DNA of 32,000 nt from Candidatus Karelsulcia muelleri (GTDB lineage: Bacteria; Bacteroidota; Bacteroidia; Flavobacteriales; Blattabacteriaceae): assembly GCF_016888765.1 (NCBI RefSeq), contig NZ_CP069423.1:110702-142701 (forward strand), in the 5' to 3' direction. Positions 10,616 through 18,952 of this stretch are shown piece after piece; within the stretch, counting starts at the first letter, position 1; each line of letters opens with the position of its first letter. Position numbers and translations under genes: made by a program. The notes beneath the pieces are model-generated. The model saw only the letters and a program-made list of their open reading frames with translations, made no database searches and was not told the DNA's origin.

Positions 10616-11020
10616 ATGTTAAAGCCAAAAAGAAATAAATTTGAGAAACTCCATAAAGGCAGAATAAAAGGATATGCTAAAAAAGGTACAAAACTTCACT
10701 TTGGGATATTTGGACTGAAGACTTTAGATACAGCTTGGCTTTCAGATAGACAAATCGAAGCGGCTCGCATTGCGGCGACACGACATATGAAAAGACAAGG
10801 AAAATTATGGCTCAATATTTTTCCTAATAAGCCTATTACAAAAAAACCTCAAGAAGTTAGAATGGGAAAAGGAAAAGGGGCTATAGACCATTGGGTTTCT
10901 GTGGTAAAACCTGGGAGAATCTTAATAGAAATCGATGGAGTAAATTTGGAAATAGGAAAAGAAGCTTTAAGATTAGCTGCTAATAAATTACCAATAAGAA
11001 CAAAATTAATTTTAAAATGA
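10616..11020 (+). CDS. rplP: 50S ribosomal protein L16
   Basis: MLKPKRNKFEKLHKGRIKGYAKKGTKLHFG...LSDRQIEAARIAATRHMKRQGKLWLNIFPNKPITKKPQEVRMGKGKGAIDHWV. Confidence 0.97.
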   Translation: MLKPKRNKFEKLHKGRIKGYAKKGTKLHFGIFGLKTLDTAWLSDRQIEAARIAATRHMKRQGKLWLNIFPNKPITKKPQEVRMGKGKGAIDHWVSVVKPGRILIEIDGVNLEIGKEALRLAANKLPIRTKLILK

Positions 11021-11259
11021 TGAGGAAAAAAAAAAGACTTGGTATAATATTAAGTGATAAAATGAATAAAACAAGAGTAGTAGGTGAAGTAGTAAAAAGG
11101 AAACATAAGATTTATAAAAAGAATATTTATTATACCAGAAAATATTTTGTTCACGATGAAAACAATCAATCAAATAAAGGGGATACAGTAGAAATAATTT
11201 TTACACGACCATTAAGTAAGAAGAAACGTTGGAATTTATTTCAAATAATAAAATGTTAA
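11017..11259 (+). CDS. rpsQ: 30S ribosomal protein S17
   Basis: RLGIILSDKMNKTRVVGEVVKRKHKIYKKNIYYTRKYFVHDENN...KGDTVEIIFTRPLSKKKRW. Confidence 0.94.
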   Translation: MMRKKKRLGIILSDKMNKTRVVGEVVKRKHKIYKKNIYYTRKYFVHDENNQSNKGDTVEIIFTRPLSKKKRWNLFQIIKC

Positions 11260-11274
11260 TGTTAAGAATAAAAT

Positions 11275-11643
11275 ATGTTACAACAAGAATCATTTCTTAA
11301 TGTTGCTGATAATTCGGGAGCGAAAAAAGTTTTATTAATTCGTGTTTTAGGAGGCACTAAAAAAAAATATGCTTCTCTTGGGGATACTATTGTAGTAACA
11401 GTTAAAAATTCAATTGCTGGATCTAGCCTTAAAAAAGGACAAGTCACAAAAGCAGTAGTAGTTCGAACAAAATATAAAGTTAAACGCAAGGATGGATCTT
11501 ATATAAGTTTCGATGATAATGCCTGTGTTTTATTATCAAAAACTTGCGAAATGAGAGGTACTAGAATCTTTGGGCCAGTTGCAAGAGAATTAAGAGAAAA
11601 AGAATATATGAAAATAATTTCATTAGCTGTAGAAGTTTTATAA
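11275..11643 (+). CDS. rplN: 50S ribosomal protein L14
   Basis: [27 protein letters not shown]...[28 protein letters not shown]...[28 protein letters not shown]. Confidence 0.97.
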   Translation: MLQQESFLNVADNSGAKKVLLIRVLGGTKKKYASLGDTIVVTVKNSIAGSSLKKGQVTKAVVVRTKYKVKRKDGSYISFDDNACVLLSKTCEMRGTRIFGPVARELREKEYMKIISLAVEVL

Positions 11644-11650
11644 TATAAAA

Positions 11651-11980
11651 ATGAAACTTAAAACTCAAGATAATATCTTAATTAAGAGTGGTAATTATAA
11701 AGGCAAGCAAGGGAAACTTCTAAATATTATAAAAAATAAAACCAGAGCTTTAGTAAAACTTTTAAACCAGAAATTAATTGAAATTGATTTATCGAATTTA
11801 CTTTTAATATATAGACCCTCTTATCAGAAGACTTTTGACAAAGTACAAAAATTTTTAAGTAAAATGAGAAAAATAAATAAAAAATTAAAATATTTCTTTT
11901 CGATAGAAGACTTAAAGAATTTATTAAAGCTTAGAGATTTAGAAAATCTTAAACTTAGAAAGAATGAATTATTCCCCTAG
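11651..11980 (+). CDS. rplX: 50S ribosomal protein L24 (divergent)
   Basis: N-terminal KOW motif (NILIKSGNYKGKQGKLLNIIKNKTRALV) and IEIDLSNLLLI; located between rplN and rplE. The centre and C-terminus are abnormal. Confidence 0.82.
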   Translation: MKLKTQDNILIKSGNYKGKQGKLLNIIKNKTRALVKLLNQKLIEIDLSNLLLIYRPSYQKTFDKVQKFLSKMRKINKKLKYFFSIEDLKNLLKLRDLENLKLRKNELFP

Positions 11981-12509
11981 ATTTAAAACAAAATACAATG
12001 AAGAGATTAAATTAAAATTAAACCAAAAATTTCTATATGAATGTATAATGCAAATTCCCAAATTAACTAAAATAGTAATAAATCAAGGTATTAACAGATC
12101 TATATCTGATAACAAGACATTAAATAATGCAATTGAAAATATGTCTTTAATATCTGGACAGAAAGCAATTTTTTGCCAATCAAAACGTGATGAATCAGGC
12201 TTTAAACTAAGAAAAGGAACACCTATCAGTATAAAAGTCACACTACGCCGAAATAGAATGTATGAATTTTTAGATAGATTAATAAATATTGCCTTACCTA
12301 GAGTTCGGGATTTCCATGGAGTAAATCAAAATAGTTTTGATGGAAAAGGAAATTATAATTTAGGCATTCGGGAACAAATTATATTTCCAGAAATAAAACA
12401 AGCTTTAAAACAAAATCTAGGCCTGAATATTACTTTTGTGACTACTGCTAAAACAGATAAAGAAGCTAAATATTTATTATATTTATTTGGTCTGCCTTTT
12501 AAAAAGTAA
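11964..12509 (+). CDS. rplE: 50S ribosomal protein L5
   Basis: [13 protein letters not shown]..., [60 protein letters not shown]. Confidence 0.96.
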   Translation: MNYSPRFKTKYNEEIKLKLNQKFLYECIMQIPKLTKIVINQGINRSISDNKTLNNAIENMSLISGQKAIFCQSKRDESGFKLRKGTPISIKVTLRRNRMYEFLDRLINIALPRVRDFHGVNQNSFDGKGNYNLGIREQIIFPEIKQALKQNLGLNITFVTTAKTDKEAKYLLYLFGLPFKK

Positions 12510-12513
12510 AATT

Positions 12514-12783
12514 ATGTCTAAAGAAGCTATAAAAGCTAGACAAAAAAAACGTAGAATTTTAGTTGAGAAATATGCTAAAAAAAGAGCTTATTATAAGAAA
12601 ATAGGAGATAATATCAATTTACAAAAATTGCCTAAAAATGCTTCTCCAGTTCGTTTACATAATATTTGTCAGCTCACTGGGAGAACTAAAGGTTATATTC
12701 GCAAATTTGGGGTCTCACGATTAGAATTTAGACGATTAGCCTCTCAAGGCTTAATTCCAGGAGTAAGAAAAGCTAGTTGGTAA
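12514..12783 (+). CDS. rpsN: 30S ribosomal protein S14
   Basis: [14 protein letters not shown]...[43 protein letters not shown]. Start corrected from 12487. Confidence 0.96.
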   Translation: MSKEAIKARQKKRRILVEKYAKKRAYYKKIGDNINLQKLPKNASPVRLHNICQLTGRTKGYIRKFGVSRLEFRRLASQGLIPGVRKASW

Positions 12784-12795
12784 AAAAAGAAAAGA

Positions 12796-13185
12796 ATGAT
12801 TACAGATCCAATTGCTGATTGTTTAACAAGAATTAGAAATGGGTGTCTAGCTAAGAAAGATATTATTTATATCCAATATTCGAAACTTAAAAAAAATATT
12901 CTTAAAATTTTACTGGAACAAGGTTTTATAGTAAATTATAAATTAAAAACAAATAAAATAATAAAGGTATATTTAAAATATATTTATCCTAACAAAAACT
13001 CGGTAATTAAATATATTAAAAGAATAAGTAAACCAAGTTTAAGAAAATATTCAAGTAGTAAAAATTTACCGAGAGTTCTTAATGGGTTAGGAATAGCTAT
13101 TATCTCAACTTCAAAAGGAATAATTACTGATAAATTAGCTCGAAAAAAAAAACTAGGTGGTGAAATAATTTGTTATGTATATTAA
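12796..13185 (+). CDS. rpsH: 30S ribosomal protein S8
   Basis: [20 protein letters not shown]...[53 protein letters not shown]. Confidence 0.96.
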   Translation: MITDPIADCLTRIRNGCLAKKDIIYIQYSKLKKNILKILLEQGFIVNYKLKTNKIIKVYLKYIYPNKNSVIKYIKRISKPSLRKYSSSKNLPRVLNGLGIAIISTSKGIITDKLARKKKLGGEIICYVY

Positions 13186-13201
13186 ATAATATAAAAGCTT
13201 C

Positions 13202-13759
13202 ATGTCTAGAATTGGAAAAAGAAATATTATTATACCCAAGAATATTATAATTAATATGAAAAATAATGTAATGTCTGTAACTGGTCCTCTTGGAAAACTT
13301 TCTCTTAAAATAAGAGGGGACCTAAAAATAGAAAGGGAAGAAAATAAAATAACAATAAAAAGAATAGAGAATAATAAATATAATAAATCTCTACATGGAT
13401 TATACAGAATGCTAATTAATAATATGATTATTGGGGTATTAGATGGTTTTAAAACCGAATTAGAATTGAAAGGAGTAGGTTATAAAGTGGCTTTAGATAA
13501 TGAAAACAAAGTCTTAGAATTTAACTTAGGCTACTCTCATAATATAGTAATGAATTTCCCCAAAGCTTTAAAAGTAGAAATAAAAAATGAAACTAACCAA
13601 AAGACTCGGATTATTTTAATGTCATATGATAAACAATTATTGGGGATATTTGCGGCTCAAATAAGATCTTTAAGAAAACCGGATCCTTATAAAGGAAAAG
13701 GAATTCGTTATATTAATGAATATATTATAAAAAAAGCAGGCAAGACGACTGTCAAATAA
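13202..13759 (+). CDS. rplF: 50S ribosomal protein L6
   Basis: MSRIGKRNIIIPKN...TGPLGKLSL...FKTELELKGVGYKV...RKPDPYKGKGIRYINEYIIKKAGKT. Confidence 0.97.
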   Translation: MSRIGKRNIIIPKNIIINMKNNVMSVTGPLGKLSLKIRGDLKIEREENKITIKRIENNKYNKSLHGLYRMLINNMIIGVLDGFKTELELKGVGYKVALDNENKVLEFNLGYSHNIVMNFPKALKVEIKNETNQKTRIILMSYDKQLLGIFAAQIRSLRKPDPYKGKGIRYINEYIIKKAGKTTVK

Positions 13760-13772
13760 ATGAATTCCTTAT

Positions 13773-14060
13773 ATGAAAAAAACCAGACCTAGAATTTCAG
13801 TCTTTAGAAGTAATAAGCATATTTATGTTCAAATAATAGATGATGTTAATCATCAGACTTTACTATCATATTCTTCGAAAAACAACTCTAATTTAAAAAT
13901 TACTAAAACTAAAATTGCAAGTAAAATAGGGATGATTTTAGGAGAAAAAGCCAAAAAAATAGGTATTTATAAGTTAGTTTTTGATAGAAATGGATATTTG
14001 TATCATGGGAGAGTGCAAGCTTTGGCCGAGGGCTTAAGAAAAACTGGTTTAAAATTTTAA
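13773..14060 (+). CDS. rplR: 50S ribosomal protein L18 (N-terminally shortened)
   Basis: RPRISVFRSNKHIYVQIIDDVNHQTLLSYSS...FDRNGYLYHGRVQALAEGLRKTGLKF. Confidence 0.93.
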   Translation: MKKTRPRISVFRSNKHIYVQIIDDVNHQTLLSYSSKNNSNLKITKTKIASKIGMILGEKAKKIGIYKLVFDRNGYLYHGRVQALAEGLRKTGLKF

Positions 14061-14063
14061 ACT

Positions 14064-14552
14064 ATGAAAGTACAAGGAAAAAAATTAAAAGAGAAATTAG
14101 TAACTTTAAAAAGAGTATGTAAAGTTACAAAAGGAAGAAGATATTTCAGTTTTACAGCTTTAGTAGTTAAAGGAAACAAAAAGGGGTTAGTAGGCTTTGG
14201 GGTTGGAAAAGCTAAAGAAACACAAAACGCTGTTAGAAAGGCTGGAGAGAAAGCAGAAAAAAGATTGTTTAAAATTTCATTAAAAGGAGGAACTATTCCT
14301 CATGAACAAAAAGCTAAGCATGGCAGTACTTATATATTTCTTTATCCAGCTTCAAAAGGAACTGGAATAATTGCAGGTGGTGTGGTTAGAATAGTTTTAG
14401 AATTAGTAGGTGTAAAAAATATTTTCTCTAAATTGAATGGTTCGTCTAATTCTAATAACTGTATTAGGGCAGTAATATTAGCTTTAACAAAAATTAGAAA
14501 TGCAGATACTATATCAAAGGAAAGAGGGATATCTATTAAAAAGATGTTTTAA
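14064..14552 (+). CDS. rpsE: 30S ribosomal protein S5
   Basis: VCKVTKGRRYFSFTALVVKGNKKGLVGFGVGKAKETQNAVRKA...GTIPHEQKAKHGSTYIFLYPASKGTGIIAGGVVR. Confidence 0.97.
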   Translation: MKVQGKKLKEKLVTLKRVCKVTKGRRYFSFTALVVKGNKKGLVGFGVGKAKETQNAVRKAGEKAEKRLFKISLKGGTIPHEQKAKHGSTYIFLYPASKGTGIIAGGVVRIVLELVGVKNIFSKLNGSSNSNNCIRAVILALTKIRNADTISKERGISIKKMF

Positions 14553-14566
14553 GTAAGTAAGTTCCC

Positions 14567-15040
14567 ATGATTCTGAATCATTTAACTCCTATTAAAGGCT
14601 CAAATAAGAAAGGCAAACGATTAGGCAGAGGAAAAGGTTCTGGAAAAGGAAAAACCTCTACTAGAGGTAATAAAGGTGCTAAATCCCGTTCTGGAAATTC
14701 TGTTAAATTAGGATTTGAAGGTGGACAAATGCCGTTCCATAAACGTATTCCCAAATTTGGATTTAAAAATCTAAATAAAAAAAAATATAAAATCTTTAAT
14801 TTAGAAACGATAGAAGATCTAATAAATATTGGAAAAGTAAAAAGAAATTTAATAAATAATAATGTATTGAGAAAAATTGGTTTATTAAAAAAAACCGAGT
14901 TTTTTAAAATCTTAGGAAGAGGTGAATTAACTCATAAAATAAAAATTTTTGCTCATAAGTTTAGTAAAACCGCCTCTTTAAAGATTAAAACCCTTGGAGG
15001 AAATCCTATAATAACAAATGACGAAAGAAAAATATCTTAA
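14567..15040 (+). CDS. rplO: 50S ribosomal protein L15
   Basis: LNHLTPIKGSNKKGKRLGRGKGSGKGKTSTRGNKGAKSRSG...FEGGQMPFHKRIPKFGFKN. Confidence 0.95.
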   Translation: MILNHLTPIKGSNKKGKRLGRGKGSGKGKTSTRGNKGAKSRSGNSVKLGFEGGQMPFHKRIPKFGFKNLNKKKYKIFNLETIEDLINIGKVKRNLINNNVLRKIGLLKKTEFFKILGRGELTHKIKIFAHKFSKTASLKIKTLGGNPIITNDERKIS

Positions 15041-15049
15041 GACAAGGGG

Positions 15050-15209
15050 ATAGTAAAACAAAGTCCAATTAAAATCCAACAGGATAGTAACTGGATATAT
15101 AAAAGGTAAAATGAGAATGAATTATATTCAAATTTTCCAAGGCGATAAAGTAAAATTGCCTATTTAATATTATGATTTAACTAAAGCAAGAATAATATAT
15201 AGATACTAA
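15050..15209 (+). pseudogene. infA: Remnant of translation initiation factor IF-1
   Basis: Own translation of 15105-15209: [33 protein letters not shown], which matches the IF-1 C-terminus with an in-frame TAA at 15165-15167. The N-terminal remnant (VKQSPIKIQQD..) is in another frame, and the middle segment is missing. Located between rplO and rpmJ. Confidence 0.83.
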
Positions 15210-15234
15210 ACAATATAAAGTTAAAGGTAAAGGG

Positions 15235-15351
15235 ATGAAAAAAGTTACCTCTTTAAAAAGAAGAAGCCAAAATTGCCAAATTGTTAAAAGAAAAGGAAAA
15301 TTAAGAATTATAAATAAAGTTAACCCGAAATATAAACAAAAACAAAGATAA
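15235..15351 (+). CDS. rpmJ: 50S ribosomal protein L36
   Basis: Own translation (not in ORF track): MKKVTSLKRRSQNCQIVKRKGKLRIINKVNPKYKQKQR*, 38 aa, matching L36 (MKVRASVKKRS..CKIVRRKGRL.VI.KKNPRYKQRQG). It sits immediately upstream of rpsM. Confidence 0.95.
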   Translation: MKKVTSLKRRSQNCQIVKRKGKLRIINKVNPKYKQKQR

Positions 15352-15354
15352 GAT

Positions 15355-15738
15355 ATGGCTCTGATATCTGGAATAAATATACCAGAAAAGAAAAGAGGAA
15401 TTATAGCTCTAACTTATATTTTTGGTATTGGAAAAAATATTTCTAAAAAAATATTTGAAATTATAAAAATTAATCCAAATACAAAAGTAAATAATTGGTC
15501 AGATTTAGAATTAAATAAAATTAGAAACTTTATAAATAAGAATATAAAAATTGAAGGGGAGTTGAAAACTGAGATTAAATTAGATATTAAGAGATTACTT
15601 GATATAAAATGTTATAGAGGGATCAGACATAAAATTGGTCTTCCTGTTAGAGGACAGAAGACTAAAAATAATTGTCGGACCAGAAAAGGTAAAAGAAAAA
15701 CAATAGCTAATAAAAAAAAACTTATTAAAAAGTCATAA
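15355..15738 (+). CDS. rpsM: 30S ribosomal protein S13
   Basis: [27 protein letters not shown]...[37 protein letters not shown]. Confidence 0.96.
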   Translation: MALISGINIPEKKRGIIALTYIFGIGKNISKKIFEIIKINPNTKVNNWSDLELNKIRNFINKNIKIEGELKTEIKLDIKRLLDIKCYRGIRHKIGLPVRGQKTKNNCRTRKGKRKTIANKKKLIKKS

Positions 15739-16091
15739 TGAAAAATAAAGAGATATCTTGTTGCCAGATACACATCAAGTCTACATTTAACAATATTATT
15801 ATAACTTTGTCTAACTTAAAAGGAGACGTGCTGGCCTGGTCTTCAGCAGGACAAAAAGGTTTTAAAGGAGCCAAAAAAAATACACCTTATGCTGCTAGTA
15901 AAACAGCTCAAGATATAGTAGAAAAAGGTAAAAAACTGGGGATTAAAAAAATTAAGATTATTGTTAAAGGTCCAGGAGCTGGTCGTGAAGCAGCACTTAG
16001 AACTTTAAGTAATCTAAATGTACTTAGAATAAAAGATATTACTCCTATTCCCCATAATGGTTGTAGACCCCCAAAAAAAAGAAGAATATAG
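15738..16091 (+). CDS. rpsK: 30S ribosomal protein S11
   Basis: [43 protein letters not shown]...[15 protein letters not shown]...[20 protein letters not shown]. Confidence 0.97.
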   Translation: MKNKEISCCQIHIKSTFNNIIITLSNLKGDVLAWSSAGQKGFKGAKKNTPYAASKTAQDIVEKGKKLGIKKIKIIVKGPGAGREAALRTLSNLNVLRIKDITPIPHNGCRPPKKRRI

Positions 16092-16119
16092 TATATTATA
16101 TATAAAATATAGAAACAAA

Positions 16120-16716
16120 ATGGCTAGATATATTGGTCCTAAAAATAAAATCTCTAGAAAATTTGGTTGTCTTATTTATGGAATTAAAAAAAAAAGTTTT
16201 GAAAAAAAAAAATATCCACCTGGTCAACACGGGCCCAAAAAAAAAACCAGAAATTTTAATCAATCAAATTATTCTATTCAATTATTAGAAAAACAAAAGA
16301 TAAAATATCTTTATGGAATTCTAGAAAAACAATTTAGAAAAATATTTGAAAAAGCTTCAAAAAAAAAGGGTATAACTGGAGAAATACTTTTACAACTCTG
16401 TGAATCCAGGTTAGATAATGTCGTCTATAGATTAAATTTTGCGCCGACACGAGCTGGAGCCAGACAGTTAGTTACTCATCGGCATATATTAGTAAATGGA
16501 AAAATTGTTAATATTCCATCTTTTACATTAAAACCTGGGGATATAATTTCGGTTAAAGACAATTTAAAACTCTCTGAAAATTCTAAATTACTAAAAACAA
16601 TTTCCAATTGGTTGCTGTTAAAAAACAGGAAAGGAATTTTTCAAGCTATGCCTAGGAGAGCACAAATTCCCGAAAAGATTAAGGAACGTTTAGTGGTAGA
16701 ATTGTATTCTAAATAA
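16120..16716 (+). CDS. rpsD: 30S ribosomal protein S4
   Basis: [16 protein letters not shown]...YPPGQHG...[49 protein letters not shown]. Start corrected from 16057. Confidence 0.97.
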   Translation: MARYIGPKNKISRKFGCLIYGIKKKSFEKKKYPPGQHGPKKKTRNFNQSNYSIQLLEKQKIKYLYGILEKQFRKIFEKASKKKGITGEILLQLCESRLDNVVYRLNFAPTRAGARQLVTHRHILVNGKIVNIPSFTLKPGDIISVKDNLKLSENSKLLKTISNWLLLKNRKGIFQAMPRRAQIPEKIKERLVVELYSK

Positions 16717-16726
16717 TAAGAGTATT

Positions 16727-17716
16727 ATGATTTCACCAGCCCAGATAAAAATATTAAAACATTCTAAAAATAGAGGTAAATTTTTAATAAAACCATTAAG
16801 TCCTGGCTTTGGAATTACTCTAGGGAATTCTTTAAGAAGAGTTTTAATTTCAGATTTAGAAGGTTATGCCATATATTATATAATGATTAATGGTGTCAAA
16901 CATGAATTCTCTTATATAGATGGAGTAATAGAAAATCTAACTGAAATAATATTAAATTTAAAACAAATACGGTTTAAATTAAAAAGTAAAATGTATAACA
17001 AAATACCAGAACATTTTACAATATTTTTAACAAAAAAACAGTCTAAAATTACTGCTGGAGATTTATGTGGATCTATTACTTGTTTGGAAGTATTGAATCC
17101 AAATTTATTAATTTTGAATAAAGAGTTAGATGCTAATTTAAAGATTACTCTCGGCATTAAAAAAGGAGTTGGATATGTTCCAGTAGAAAAACCACAGACT
17201 AAAATAGGGAAAATACCAATTGATACTATTTTTAGTCCCATAATAAACGTAAGATTCAAAGTAGAAACTTGTGAAGTTAATAATTTCTATTCATCCGATA
17301 GTTTGATTATAGATATTCGTACTGATGGTTCAATTACTCCAAACAAGGCTTTAAAAACAGCTTCTAGTATACTAGTACAACATTTTACTTTATTTTTTAA
17401 TGGGAAAAAAACAGAATTAAAGCTCCCAATAAAATATACTGCTTATAAAGCAAGAATAAAATATTTCTATATGCAAAAACTTTTAAAGTGTTTAAAATTT
17501 GCTAAAATTAAAACTTGGGCTGACTTAGTCAAAATGAAACCTTCTGATTCTGATTATAATTATGGAGGAGGTCTTGATTTATCAAAATATAAAATGAAAA
17601 TTTCTAATAAAAAAAAAAGAATAAAAAATTTTCGTGAAAAAATGAGAAAAATAGTAAAGCTAAGAAATCTTATTAAAAGAAGAAAACTGACCAAAAGAAA
17701 TGAGACACCAAAATAA
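16727..17716 (+). CDS. rpoA: RNA polymerase alpha subunit (alpha-NTD conserved, alpha-CTD degenerate)
   Basis: KFLIKPLSPGFGITLGNSLRRVLISDLEGYAI..., DIRTDGSITPNKALKTASSILVQHF; overlaps rplQ by 17 bp. Confidence 0.96.
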   Translation: MISPAQIKILKHSKNRGKFLIKPLSPGFGITLGNSLRRVLISDLEGYAIYYIMINGVKHEFSYIDGVIENLTEIILNLKQIRFKLKSKMYNKIPEHFTIFLTKKQSKITAGDLCGSITCLEVLNPNLLILNKELDANLKITLGIKKGVGYVPVEKPQTKIGKIPIDTIFSPIINVRFKVETCEVNNFYSSDSLIIDIRTDGSITPNKALKTASSILVQHFTLFFNGKKTELKLPIKYTAYKARIKYFYMQKLLKCLKFAKIKTWADLVKMKPSDSDYNYGGGLDLSKYKMKISNKKKRIKNFREKMRKIVKLRNLIKRRKLTKRNETPK

Positions 17717-18050
17717 AAATAATAATTTAGGGCGAAATAAGTCTCATAGAAAAGCCCTTTTAACTAATCTGGCTATTTCCCTAATAAAATATAAAAGAAT
17801 TAAAACAACTTTTGCTAAAGCAAAAGCTTTAAAAAAATTCATTGAACCAATAATAACTAGAGGTAAAAAACAAGATACTCATTCTATGCGAATAGTATTT
17901 AAAAAATTAAATAATAAAACTGCTGTTTTGGAACTTTTCAAAAAGATATCAAAACATAATTTAAAACGTAAGGGAGGATATACAAGAATTATTAAACTTG
18001 GCAAGAGGTTAGGAGATTTTTCAGAAATGGCAATAATGGAGCTAGTTTAA
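17700..18050 (+). CDS. rplQ: 50S ribosomal protein L17
   Basis: MRHQNKNNNLGRNKSHRKALLTNLAISLIKYKRIKTTFAKAKALKKFIEPIITRGKK...GGYTRIIKLGKRLGDFSEMAIMEL. Confidence 0.96.
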   Translation: MRHQNKNNNLGRNKSHRKALLTNLAISLIKYKRIKTTFAKAKALKKFIEPIITRGKKQDTHSMRIVFKKLNNKTAVLELFKKISKHNLKRKGGYTRIIKLGKRLGDFSEMAIMELV

Positions 18051-18952
18051 TGAAATATTTTCATATACCAGTTTTCTTAACGGAAGTTCTAGAAAACATT
18101 ATTAATGATATTAATGGGATCTATCTAGATACTACTTTTGGTAGCGGTGGACATTCTTTTGGGATATTAAAGCAAATAAGTAATCAAGGGAAATTATTTG
18201 CTTTTGATCAAGATCAATTTGCAATTATTAAAAATAAAATTTGTGATAAAAGAATCAGATTTTTTAACGATAACTTTAGAAATATACAAAAAATATTAAA
18301 AGCTTATAAAAACAACATTCTAAAGAATGTATCAGGAATAATAGCTGATTTAGGAGTTTCCTCTTATCAGATAGATAACCCTCAGCGAGGGTTTTCAATA
18401 AGATTTAATCAAATTTTGGATATGAGAATGGATTTATCGAAACAAAAGTCGGCTTTAAATATAATAAAAAATTATTCTTTTGAAAAATTAAATAAGATTT
18501 TTTCTAAATATGGGGAGTTTAAAAATCCGCAAAGAATATCTAGAAAAATTGTTTTAAACAGTAAATTTCTTAACACTACTTTGGATTTAGTAAATCTATT
18601 CAAAAGAAATAATAACAGGAAATTTTTCTCTAGATTATTCCAAGCTTTAAGAATAGAGGTAAATGATGAAATCAATGCATTAAAGCAATTACTGAAACAA
18701 TCAATAAATATTTTAAAACCGGGAGGTAAATTAGCTATTATTTCATATAATTCATTAGAAGATAGGTTAGTTAAAAACTTCTTTCAAAGTGGAAATATAC
18801 AGGGAATTATTAGATATGATAAGAAAGGGAATAATTTATCTCCATTTAATAAAAAATATACTAAAAGAATTTTTCCAACTAAAGAAGAAATCTCTAAAAA
18901 TAAGAGAGCTAGAAGTGCTATATTAAGAATTACACAAAAAACAGTATGTTGA
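18050..18952 (+). CDS. rsmH: 16S rRNA (cytosine1402-N4)-methyltransferase RsmH
   Basis: FHIPVFLTEVLENI, YLDTTFGSGGHSFGIL, GIIADLGVSSYQIDNPQRGFSIRFNQILDMRMD, FSRLFQALRIEVNDEINALKQLL, KLAIISYNSLEDRLVKNFF. Confidence 0.95.
   Translation: MKYFHIPVFLTEVLENIINDINGIYLDTTFGSGGHSFGILKQISNQGKLFAFDQDQFAIIKNKICDKRIRFFNDNFRNIQKILKAYKNNILKNVSGIIADLGVSSYQIDNPQRGFSIRFNQILDMRMDLSKQKSALNIIKNYSFEKLNKIFSKYGEFKNPQRISRKIVLNSKFLNTTLDLVNLFKRNNNRKFFSRLFQALRIEVNDEINALKQLLKQSINILKPGGKLAIISYNSLEDRLVKNFFQSGNIQGIIRYDKKGNNLSPFNKKYTKRIFPTKEEISKNKRARSAILRITQKTVC

Noticed and set aside
16912-17259. 115-aa (-) ORF
   Set aside because: Antisense to the conserved rpoA N-terminal domain, with no recognisable family.
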